A stretch of DNA of 64,000 nucleotides from positions 31,310,001 through 31,374,000 of the forward strand of contig OZ231126.1 in the NCBI GenBank assembly GCA_965153355.1, given 5' to 3'. Of this stretch, positions 41,230 through 53,203 are shown in pieces. Position 1 is the first letter of the stretch, and the number at the start of each line of letters is the position of its first letter. The translations under genes and the position numbers were made by a program. Under the pieces are notes generated by a model. It was not told the DNA's origin. It made no database searches and saw nothing but the letters and a program-made list of their open reading frames with translations. Source of the stretch: Flaccisagitta enflata (taxonomy: Eukaryota).

Positions 41230-41752
41230 ACATAAGAAGATTGGTGATGCCTGGAAACTTCATCAAATTTCCGAGCTAATGGCGCAAACCGCATTGCTTT
41301 AAGCTCAATCGTTCAGAAATGACAAGCAAAACAAAATTGCCACCTCAAGTAGAAAATGGCGAAAAATTACTTTTTGGGATTTCATGGTTTGAAGGGTAAC
41401 ATTGGCGGAGACAAATGCAACATTTCGTTAAGACCATGGTGTTAAGCTGGTGTGAAGGTGGCCTCAAGCCGGCCTGGAAATAGTTCAGACCTCAATCTGA
41501 TCAAATTGTCAGAGTCGGATGAAGAAGCTACAGTTAGGGCTGCATGTCCAGCCTGGAGAAAATCGTTCTCAAGGTGTGGAAGAATATCGCTAGGCAGCGA
41601 TACAATCGCTTCGTTCCTCAGGACATTTCAGAAGAATCTGAAGTACCCATCACAGATCAGTAAGTTTCTCCGTCACGCTTCTTGCCTTCAATCACATATC
41701 GAGGCCTACAAAAGCCATCGTTAATGTCCAGGAAGGTCGCACATCTTACTAG
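41230..41752 (+). pseudogene. Degenerate Tc1-like (DD34E) transposase, C-terminal relic
   Basis: PGNSSDLNLIK resembles WPxNSPDLNPIE. A frameshifted DNATF lies upstream (QDNAxxH-like). The terminal ISRPTKAIVNVQEGRTSY* resembles MPRRxxAVIxAxGGxTKY*. Multiple frameshifts; the 5' boundary is approximate. Confidence 0.7.
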
Positions 41753-42007
41753 TTGTATTTCACAAATGTTCAATGTATTCATTGATGATTAAATTGACTG
41801 TATTCCATCTTGTTGTTATGCTTTTTAGCAAGATAGTATAGTGACTGGTGAAACAATGTTGCACGCTTAAAAGCGGGTGAAAGAAAGCATGAATTCGCTC
41901 TCTTTATCCAGTTTTGCGAGGTTTTTATTATTAATGGCATTATGCAAAATTTAACAGACAAGGAACTGTCGTACAAAAATTGATTTTCCGCTTTGATCTA
42001 TTAAGTA

Positions 42008-43129
42008 GGGTGAAGTAGGGTAAAATGGGTCACTTTTTTATTAGTTTTTTTATATTTCTCAATTCTTTATAAAAATTAGGAATTTTATGATTGATTATGG
42101 ACAATGTGTTTTTTCTCTACTACCACAAAAAAGAAACTCGCCTCCAAAAAATAAGCGAGGAGGGCAACCCCCATTTTTTAAGAACGAGTAGGGTAAAATG
42201 GGTCACCTACCTTATTTAGAAAAATATCGACCACTACTTTATTCCAAGTGAGGAGTTACAACGCATTACGGACAGGATTCCGGTTGGAGAAAATCTCAAT
42301 TTTAAGGGTTTTGAAAAAAAAAAATTGGACCCATCACAGATTTTTGCCCAGGGGACCTAAAAAGGCTGCAGAATCCGATTCTGATGTTTATTTTGACCTG
42401 ACTTGAGCCAAAAGAATTAGAAACGATTTTTTTGTACCAAAAATTGAGTTTTTTGCTATGAAAATACTAATTTTTCAACATCTTATGTTAATTTGGGCTG
42501 AATTTGATGTATTTTGATCATTTGTACGGTGCTGATTCAAAGTTTGGTGTGTTTACACGGCTTTTGCTAATTTTTAAAATTTGCACTTTGATCTCATTTG
42601 CATATTGCGGTTTTTCATTTTTCACCTACAACATGCATGCTTTTGGGCAGCGACCCCAAAGGGCCAATGTCCTGTAGGACACAGGGGTGAATTTCCATAC
42701 AATCTTTTAAGCTAATTATACGTAAAATTGAAAACTATCACTGCCCACATTTAACCATCCATCTATAGTACGTAGGCAGTGGGTAATTGCTTTCCTTATC
42801 TATTCGGTCTCCATGGAAACAAGATGTTGGTTTTATACCTTGCGACAAACAATTTTTATAGATTTACTATTTAATTTCACAATACATCCAAATATTACCA
42901 GCAAGGGGCAATTATCTATCTTGGAGGAGGACATGGCATCCGGTCCCCCAGACCAGAAGCAAAAATTGCTTCATTCCAACAAATAAAAAAACAAGGCCAA
43001 GTAGGCCAATAAGGTGCGACGTGTGGATCGTCGAACGAATGCGTTACCAACCGACAGAGGTGCTTTGTCGCACCTAAAAAGATAGGTGACCCCTTTTACC
43101 CTGCTGACCCATTTTACCCCACTCTTCCC
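42008..43129. mobile_element. Non-autonomous DNA transposon with TA flanks
   Basis: GGGTGAAGTAGGGTAAAATGGGTCA...TGACCCATTTTACCCCACTCTTCCC; the TIR motif repeats subterminally; nested HINE fragments. Confidence 0.75.
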
Positions 43130-43429
43130 TAATGGTAATGTTTGTCGGGCCCAAGTATGTTGCCAAACTTTGAACGCTTCTAAAATGATCTGACAACAAA
43201 ATTTTCACTTTTTTGATTTAAAATTCTTTACCAATTGGATCAGGCAAAGAACTGTATCGGCTTCATGAAGAGTTGCTAGTATCCGTTTCTTTCTTCCATA
43301 CATATGCGGTGGTCGATAATACAACCTTGGTTTTTTCTCAGGGAAAAACGGCGACATTCCTTCCATTTATTGGATCTAGTGGCTAGTCTGTGCTTAACTA
43401 AGTGACTTTTATCTTCTCCTCACTTTCAG

Positions 43430-43512
43430 ACTCTAAGAGCAATCAATCACTCCATCAAAGCGATGAAAACGGGACTTCCAAATCGGAGAGCAAGCCTGAA
43501 GATTTAACTTAG
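43430..43512 (+). CDS. Possible terminal exon of a gene convergent with the OATP
   Basis: Pyrimidine tract plus ttcag acceptor, then SKSNQSLHQSDENGTSKSESKPEDLT*, with AATAAA near 43628; upstream exons not resolved. Confidence 0.2.
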
Positions 43513-44015
43513 CGAATTTAGGAAAACAGAAAAATTCCCTAATTGACGTTTATGCATTGTTTTTCCATGTTCTGCTGTTACAGAGATTTGTTACTAATGT
43601 GAAATGAAAAATCTCGTTTAGACTTGAAATAAAACTAGGGACATACATAGCGTGCAAACCTTTTTCATTATCATTTTCATTTTTCATCTTTATTCTTATT
43701 TGTTTTCGTCTTTGTTTGCATTTGTATTTGTACTTTCATTTTTATTTCTATTTCTATTTCTTTTTTTGTTTCTATATTTTGTTTTTGTTCTTGTTTTTAT
43801 TTTTGTAGAGAGCTAGAGGGAAGGTGCGAGAAAAAAAGGTACAGAACAAGAACCCTTTTATTCACATGATATCTGTATATACAGAACAACAGCAATCGAT
43901 TCACTTATAGCAATAAATTAGGAGAACAATTTGTTGATCAAAGTTCACTGGTAAAGTCATGACAAGAGAGATATTACAGTTTGCATTGAATATGAAGTGG
44001 AAAAAACTGTGACTA

Positions 44016-44419
44016 CCACGCGTTTCAAAAAAAAAAAAAAAACTTTTCATTGATATAAAAGATATAAAAATTGATTAAAACTTTTTTAGATTGAGACATT
44101 TTTGAAGATTTTTAAAAAATCTTTCAATCTAGACCAATCCCAGGTTTTTATCTCTAACGATTTAAGAGCTAGAGCCTTTCAAAGAGAAGCTCTATTTTGC
44201 TGAAAGGCACTTTTTATATAGGGATTGTGAAAATGAAAAGGCAAAGTTTTCATTCAAACTAATGCATTTCCAAGCAAAAAAAGATAGAAATACAAAATTA
44301 AACCATATGAAAGTATTTTCAAAAGGCTTTCCTATGATCTAGAATTTCATTAGGTTTTATTGAAATTTGTTGTCGCCATAAGCCATTCAAAAGTGCGTCT
44401 TTTTTATTCATACGCGTGA
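44016..44419. mobile_element. MITE of the same family as 16349-16914, about 300 bp downstream of the OATP stop
   Basis: TA|CCACGCG...GTGCGTCTTTTTT...CGCGTGA|TA. Confidence 0.7.
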
Positions 44420-44722
44420 TAAGACAAACGGGCACAGTGACCTTTGAAATAGCCAAACGGTTGCGTGGCATGAGACCGTATTCATGAATTTAATGACTCT
44501 CTCCGCAAAGAGTCTGTAATTTGACTGTATCTATCCATAGTAATTCGATGTGCGCATGAAGTCATGAACAGGTGTTATATCGGTAAGTAACAACTAACAT
44601 CCAATGTATTGGAAATAACGACATCAAACCTATTAACAAATCTTCAAAAACAATAAAAGGAAAACAACCAGAATCAACAATAAAAAAATTTAAGAGAGAA
44701 GCTTCTAGTAGCTCTCCGATCA

Positions 44723-44901
44723 CTAGGCTGATACAGTGAGTGATTTGAGCTTTTGCCCTGTGCGGTTCAGCAGTTGTTTGGCTCTGCCATCTGGAGTTGT
44801 TCCATTAATCTTGCCGTTACTGTTGTCATTGTTGTTGTTGTTGTCATCTTTCTTTTTGTCAAGATGGTCCCAGTTGCGCTGTCTCGCAAAGTAGAAACCG
44901 A
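44723..44901 (-). CDS. SLCO: OATP terminal exon
   Basis: ttccag|(V)GFYFARQRNWDHLDKKKDDNNNNN...KSLTVSA*; phase 1 matches the upstream donor. Confidence 0.85.
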
Positions 44902-47118
44902 CTGGAAAATAGAAGATGTTGTTTTCACAGATGTAAATAATTATGTTTATAAAATCAAAGCACAAATTCTCTCTCCCCAAGTCATTAGTATCAACATTTT
45001 TTTTCTAGATTTTTATCTCTTGATAACGTATTGAAGGTTCCTTGGAGTTACCAAGGATGCTAATACGAATAAGATGAATCACTTGATTTTGATGTTTCAC
45101 ACTATCACCCACCTCCATACAACAGCGTGGATAGGAATGAGAAAAACGCGCAGCCGCCGTGAACAATGATATGATATTTGTGGATGTCGTAAAAGTAGCA
45201 GTTCTTCCTCATGCTGCATTTTTCCCGCCAAATCAAGCATGACGAGTCAATGAACCTGAAAAGAAAAAGTTGCTTGTTGGTGCAGGAAGCTGAAGGCAAC
45301 TAATAAACTTTGTGTTTTTACAGCTTGCACACTGATAATATGTGATCTCAGGCAAAGTGACAGCAATTACAATGTGGAAGGGATCTTTCTTTCATGGATG
45401 ATCAGTCGCGATGTCTACCGACCATAGATCATGTTTCAGCTAATCACCCTAAATAGAGTCTTGTGAGCGAGCTCAGCCCAACTGAAAGCACTTCATGAAT
45501 ACATACGACACTTTTGGATGGCTAATTTCACCTATGAATCTTACAAATAGTACTTATCAAAACCTTAGGTCATCTGAAAGTCATTCAAAAGTACTTTCAT
45601 TTGGCGTCAATCTGGTATTGCTATCTTGTTTTGTTTATAAATAGCATTCGTTTGAATGAAAACGTTGCCCATTTCAGTTTCGCAATCCGTATATAAAAAT
45701 GTATTTTAGCGAATTAGTGCTTATCTTTGCAAGGCTCTACCTTCTAAACCGTTTGAGATACAGACCTCGGATTGGTCTAAATTGAAAATTTTTTCAAAAA
45801 TCTTTCAAATTGTCTTTTTTGAAAACAATTAAGATTGATTTATATACCTATTCTATCAATTGATAAAGAGGTGCGTCTTTTTTTTTCGCCGAGCGGTATG
45901 TTACCTGTCGTAGATCATATTTGAGATGACTGCCCCAAATAGAGATCTTGTGAGCGAGCTCAATCCAAATGAAAGTACTTCATGATAATGTTACCTGCCA
46001 TAGATCATGTTTGAGATGACTGCCCCAAACAGAGATCTTGTGAGCGAGCTCAATCCAACTGAAAGCGCTTTTTGTTCCGGTTTCAAAGCGCGGAATTTGA
46101 AGAGGAATTGTGACATGGAATTGGAACAGGCAATGAAAAGCCAGAAGAAAAGAAGTGCCGCGTAGGCAAATCCTCGTGATGATGTCTCTTGATCACAGTA
46201 ACCTGACAAAGATAACAATGATTAAAACCATGTTACCGCGATGGATAGACCCATCTTAATTAGACGGACAGATGGTACAGTAAGATACACATTAAGCCTT
46301 TAACGGCTGAGCACGATTACGCAAATGCCAATCAACGGGAAAGTCTTGTGCAGATCTATTGCCAAAAAAACACAGAGAACAAACGACAATGCGCAAGTTG
46401 ATAGAACTCAAGATAAACGTCATGACGCATCTCTTTGCCTAAAAACCATTTCCTGTATTCGATTCTCAGTTCCAACATCTTGAGTCTCCGTAAACTACCT
46501 TGTTTTGCGCTTCCACTTCCTGCGTCGATACAAGAACAATTGGCAAAAAAGAAAGTCTTGTTCTCTTGATAAACATCCCGACATCCAGCGTGGCAAGGAC
46601 TGAAGTAGTTCTTGTTGTCCTCTCCACAGATTGGGTAGAAAGCCTAAACAAATGAAGAAGTAACATCTTTACTGATGAAAAGCGGTTAAAACCAGCACAT
46701 GATCGGTCATGCCATGCCCTATTCAGCACAATCAGTTGCAAGATTCTCGGCCCCAAATCCAAAGAATCAACGTCCTATATAATACTGTCCTGTAAACTGG
46801 ACAAACTTCTCGATGATAACGCCTCAAGACTCTCTATCACGGCCTCAAAGCCCAAGTATCAACTGAGTCTTGGGTTCCAAAATTTAGGCCACAGAGCCGC
46901 ATGTACATACAGGGATGAGCAAACTGACCTCCTGGCAACAATTGATGTTAGGTTGACAGCGAATAGCATTTACGAGCAACCTACCTCTTGGCCACAGTTG
47001 CAAGCGGCATTGCAAGTGTTGTTCAATACTATCAGTCCGGATGAAGGATCAATGTCGCCATGAATATTAGCCTGAGTCGAGAGTTGAATGTGCGTTTGTG
47101 GAATTACATCAACATTCA

Positions 47119-47191
<73 letters not shown>

Positions 47192-50100
47192 ACGCACACA
47201 CTGACACACACTTTATCCACTTACTCCATCGCTGGTGAGAAACATCATGACAACGAGGCAGATAACGTAGAGACATCTGACGATGATGACGTGAATTGCC
47301 ATTCCAGGAGGTCTCAAATCCAATTTGCGGACGATGAATCCAGAAATCAAAGTGCCCATTCCTCCGCCGCCTCCAATCACGATGCCCAAGATGATTCCCA
47401 CTTGCCAGGCCGGGAATCTATACTGTGGAATGGCAAAAAAATTCAAACATGTGCGAGTGTTAACCTAACATAGAACAGCATTGATTTGACATTTTCAGGG
47501 CAAAAAACTTGAGCCGTTGTTTTCAGATGTGAGACAGATTTTGCTTGATAGATCAAAAGGTCTTATTCAGTGGCCATTTTATTCGTAAATTGGAGCGAAA
47601 ATGGCGTTCGCCAGTCCTGTAGAACACAGGGGGACTTTTGTTTGTCATTCCGTCATTCCGCCCGTCCCTTCCCCCCCCCCCCCAGGCCCTCTCAGGCCTT
47701 GAATCTGAGAGGGCAGATTCTAGGCCTGAGAGGGCAAATTTCAGGTCTGAGAGGGCAGATTTCAGAATGAGGGCAGATTCAAGACCTGAGGGCAGATTCA
47801 AGGCCTGAGAGGATAGATTTCAGGCCCGAGAGGGCAGATTTCAGGCCTGTGAGGGCCTGGGGGGACAAACGGACAGAATGACAGAATGACGAACGAGAGT
47901 CCCCCTGTATTCTACAGGTCTTTGTCCTCTTTGGCGCCGCAGCCCAAAAAGCGATAGTCTACCGTACAGTGGAGCACCGCTAGAGCGCACAAACTATCTC
48001 AACTGTATCTCTCACATACTCTCATTATCCCCACCTGCAGTTCCAAGGTTTTTGGCAGGAAAGTGAACATTCCTCCCCAACCAAATCCAGAGACCAAATC
48101 ACCAATGTAACAACTAATCCACATTTTATTGATCAAAACTTGGTAAATGTTTTTGAAGAAATCTTTCATGTGAAGCCAAAAAGCCTGGTAAGAGGAAAAA
48201 GCCAAGAAGGGAAGAGGGTTGAAAGTGATGGAGGAAACACTAGGGGAAGGAAGGGGGTTACGATTTATGGAGGTAATTCAAAATAATCAAAAAAGAGCTG
48301 CAAAGAGTCGTTGCCCTTAATTGTAATAAAAAGTCCGCTCTATAAATCAATCAATCAATCAATCTAACAATTTTCATCAGCCCAACTTCAGGCTGAAAAG
48401 AAGTTTTTATGTCCTACCTTGACAAATCCAATGTAGCCTTCCGCTTTTTCGTCCTCGGCTGGTTCATTTTTGCCCTGTTTTGACAACACGAAAAATATGA
48501 TAACGTGAATGCATCTCACAATTTGGACCATTTATAAATAGAAGTAATTAATGCCTTGATATGTCATAAACCCATTTTAAGTCTGAAATAAGCATGTTTG
48601 TCCCTGTTAGGGAACAACCATCTGTGTCAGACTTACATAATCCACCTTACTCACAATTCGTCCTACTTCTTTTCATTCACTCTTCCATCTCTTTCCCTTG
48701 CTTCATGACTCATTTCATTCCTTGACCCCTCAAAAGACACAGTTATTACTTGCTCTAACGGACTGTAAGGGTTCAAATCTGCTATAACTGGAATTATTAG
48801 AAAAAAAATCAATCACAAACGTTACTAGCGGTTCCATTGGAATGGGGTTGAGTTGTATCTTTATAACCTCACCTTTTATTGAATAATCATCATAGAATAA
48901 GATTGCACGGAAATAATCTCGAAGCGCTTCAGAAGAATGAGAAGCAGAGAGCGTTGTCTGAGCTCAGCTTGGCGCCACTCAGCACGATACCTTTTCTCAG
49001 CATGATGCCTTTTTTCAGCATGATGCTCATTCTCAGTATGATGCCTTTTTTCATCACGATGCCTTCACCTAGCTTATTGTCTGTCCCTTGCTTGATGCCT
49101 TTTCAAAGCTTGGTGCTTGTAATCAGCTTGAAGTCATTTCTTAGATTGGTGCCGTCAATCAGCTTAATTTTTTTTCACTCAACTCGTTGCCTTTCATATA
49201 TATTTTCTCAGAATGATGCCATTACTAAGCTTGATGCCTATTAGTTATCCAGATTACAACTTAATCAACACATCCTAAATTCTAGAACGAGAATAGGAGA
49301 GATGTGACATTTTCAATTGTTCAACCTGCATTGGGTGTGTTTCTAGTGCTGACCAAAAACGTATTCCTTCCCGTTCAACGCGATTACAACATGAACACAT
49401 ATTCATAAATTTCAACAGTCCCACGGGGGAGTGAGCGAAGTGAGTGAGCAAGCCCATGAATGGAGCGAGCGAAGGGAGCGTAGCAAAGCATAGTTGTCTG
49501 TGACTAGAAACGCACCCATGATAGGTCATCAAAATCTTTTTTCCCCTCACGTTCTTTTACTTTACGATCAGCAATGCTCCTTTCCTTGGCCATGGGATCT
49601 AAACAATGAAGCAGTTTTGTCGGCTTGTTCACTATCGATAGTGAACAAGCCGATGAAACTACTTTCGTTTTATACGTTGACGCCAGTAGTGGGGCGTGAT
49701 TCGACAAGAATTACCGCCGCCACCACCCTCATATGTCATAGAAAATGTACAGGAAGGATTTTTGCCTATTTTAGCCATTAGTGGAAAAATTCAACATTAT
49801 GATAAACGGTTTTCATATCAATCTGATCATTCTGCATCATAAACACATCCATCATAAACACATCCATTAAAACCTCATTTTGATGAACGACGAATAATTT
49901 CTCGCCATCTTCATCCTCTTGATTCTCTTCTGCGATGACGAGACAGTTCTCGGCCTCTTCCGGAGCATTTGCTCGTTCCAACGCCATTTGTTCTTCTTCT
50001 GTCTGGAAAACAAAAAAAAGAAATAGAGAAGAAATAGAGTGGCTTGATTGTTTAACAAGGAAATTTTCAGCCCACTGTGTAGAGTTTACTCGTTCCAGCG

Positions 50101-53100
50101 CCATCTGTTCTTCTTCTGTCTGGAAAACAAAGAAAGAAATAGAGTGGCTTGATTGTTTAACAAGAAAATTTTCAGCCTACTGTGTAGTATTTGCTCGTTC
50201 CAACGCCATTTGTTCTTCTTCGGTCCGGACAACAAAATAGAAAGAAGAAGTAGAGTGGCTTGATTGTGTTCTAACAAGGAAATTTTCTGCCTACTGTTTA
50301 GCATTTGCTCGTTCCAACGCCATTTGTTCTTCTTCTGTCTGGAAAACAAAAAAAGAAATAGAGAAGAATTACAGTGGCTTGATTGTTTAACAAGGCCAAC
50401 ACCTATAAGTCGCGTGCGAGACTTACAGACAAAGAATGACTTAGAATGACTTAGAATGACTTTCAATGACTTAGAATAACCTAAAATGACCAAAATTGAC
50501 TTAAAATGACCAAAAAACCTAATGACAAAAAATGACTTGAAATAACTTAAAATGACTTTAAATGACTTAAAATGACTTACAATGACTCAAGATGACTTAG
50601 AATAACTATAAATGACTTAAAATGACTTAAAATGACCTAAGAGTTGACATTATAGTACAAAAAAGTAAAGTGTGACGGACGGACCGACGGACGGACGGAC
50701 CGATGGACCGACAAAGCGGGTTGTAGAGTCGCCTGCACGCGACTAACAAGGAAATTTTCAGCCTTCTGTGTAGTATTTGCTCGTTCCAGCGCCATCTTTT
50801 CTTTTTCTCTCTGGAAAACAAAGAAAGAAATAGAGTGAAGAAATAGAGTGGCTTGATGGTCGACATAGTGTTCTAACAAGGAAATTTTCAGCCTATGCAA
50901 AATTTGCTCGTTCCAGCGCCATTTTCTCTTCTTCTGTTAAAGAAAAGGAATAAACAAAGCAAAAATGAAAAGGATTATCTCTTTGTTTCACGCTGTGTTC
51001 TGATCAGACTGTTCTTGGCCTCCCTCAAAGCATTTTTCTTGTTTAATCACCGTCTTGTCTTCATCTAATTAGAAATAAAAGTGGATGAAAGGATTGGTGC
51101 ATCAATCGCCACAACGTGGAGGCTAAAACCTCCTCAGCAGAATAATGGAGGTCATTCTGATTAAAAACAAGGCCAGATACACGCCAATTTTGCGGACAGA
51201 CAGACAGGACAGACAAACAAACCTACAGACCTACGGACATAACCCCTTATAGAGTCGCTTAGCAAGCGACTAAAAAAGTCATCGGCATCTTTGTCATGTC
51301 CCTCCCTTGTGTTAAGTCGCATAGCTAATTAGGGATGTGGAAGCGGTCGATTTTTATGTCGCTTCCACCGCTTCCGCTTCTATTTTGCAGTTCAACAACT
51401 AGTAGCTATGCCACCCACCAAATTGGAAGCGGTCAATCGCTTCCACATCCCTTCTCAAAATACTAAATTCATTGCTTTTGACTTGCTTGTCGTTATTTCG
51501 TCCACCCGCTAAGTTCTCCAATCTCAGCATAAGCTCCCTCAACCGTCAGACCACTTGTGTGACAAATCTCACCGTTACATCCTTTCCCAGATGGTATTTG
51601 ATCTCCTTACGACGGTTAATGGCTATTGGCTAAGCAGCTGCAAAGACGTTCGGAGAGCCTCCATAAACACGGCGTCGTAGGAGGCCTACGTCACTGATTC
51701 AATTCACCTGGCAGTATCTCTCTATTTGTCTAAATGCAAAAAGATTTTACCTGTCCACAGCGTTACGATACATAGACAAAGACAACTTTGAGTGACCAGA
51801 GCTGGGAGTGGTTCAGAAGTGTCCTATTATACTTTGTGAATATCAATCACTCAGTGGTAAATTTTTTTGAAAGCAAAATTTTGAAAAAAATCTTTTTTTA
51901 GGCATAAAAAGGGTATTTTCAGCATTTTTTCAGCAAAAAATTGTTAAAGCAGCTTCAAAAATCCTCAAAAATACTGGAAATGGGTAGTTATAGTTAGAAT
52001 ACACATACTTTAACCCAATACAGCAAGTTTCTGGCAATACTTTTAAGATTAGAGCTTAAAAAGAATAAAAATATGTTTTTTTAAGTATTTTAGAGCTTAA
52101 ATTTGATTATGCAGCTTCAAAAACTTTAGAAAATACTGGAAATATATAGTAATAGTTAAAGTAGAAATACACTTACCCTGAACAACAAGTTGACAAGGAT
52201 GTTTTAAGATTGGAGCTAAAAAAAGCCTAAAAATACTGTTTTTTTTTAAGCATCTATAAGCTAAATATTGTTTACACAGTTCCAAAAATCCTTAAAAATC
52301 TTGGATATGTCTACCAACAAATTATGTTTAAATATTTTTACCCTGAATAGCGAGTAGTTTGGGATACATTGAAGTTTAAAGTTTAAAAATAACCTTGAAT
52401 AGGCAATTTTTTTTTTATAAATCTTCTTCTTTAAACAAGAAAGTTTTTCTTTGATTTGCTCTCATTTAAAGACGACTTGAGCTATAAATGCCAGATTAGT
52501 CTCAAATGGAAGATAATTTGACTCTCTTTCATTTAAGACCAATGTAGCATCTGTGGCTTAAGTCATTTTAACTTCAGAACAATTTGAAAAGAAACTGCCC
52601 TGATGAAAAAAATCATTAATCAAGCTCGAGCTGTAAATACCTATTTCACTTCAAACTGATGTTATGAACAAACTATTTAACTCAGACCCATGAAAATTTG
52701 ACACAAAAAACGTCAAGCATAGTACTATAAGAGAAAAATGATTTTAGGTCATGAAGATGAAGCATCAAGGAGTAAAAGCTTAATACTTTTTTGCATTTGA
52801 TAATGATCACCCTGTAAAAATCAATATTTTACTATTTCTAGGCTAATATTAAGCTTTAATCTTTAAAATATCTCATGTAACTTGCTGTTTAAGGAAAAAG
52901 TGTGTATACTTCAACTATAACCACGCATTTATAGTATTTTTTATTATTTTAAAAGCAACTCTATGTATCGAAACGCTGTGTGTCGTTAAGTCAGTTAGTC
53001 TGTGTATCATTGCTTCCTTTTCACTTTTGCCACCCTTTGTCTTTCAGTCTTTGTCTGTCTTTTTCTGTCTCTCTTCCTGTGTCTGTCTGCCTCTTTGCTT

Positions 53101-53111
53101 CTCTCAGTCAG

Positions 53112-53203
<92 letters not shown>

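Noticed and set aside
46466..46762. ORF-track protein MDLGPRILQ...
   Set aside because: Wrong frame; it overlaps the OATP Kazal exon read in another frame.
46880..46931. Alternative Kazal exon (EVSLLIPVCTCGSVA)
   Set aside because: It hits an in-frame TAA; the true Kazal exon is 46643-46499.
48879..49244. 121-aa ORF or extra OATP loop exon
   Set aside because: It is a degenerate 18-bp tandem repeat; the minus-strand frames I read contain stops, and no phase-compatible splice sites were found.
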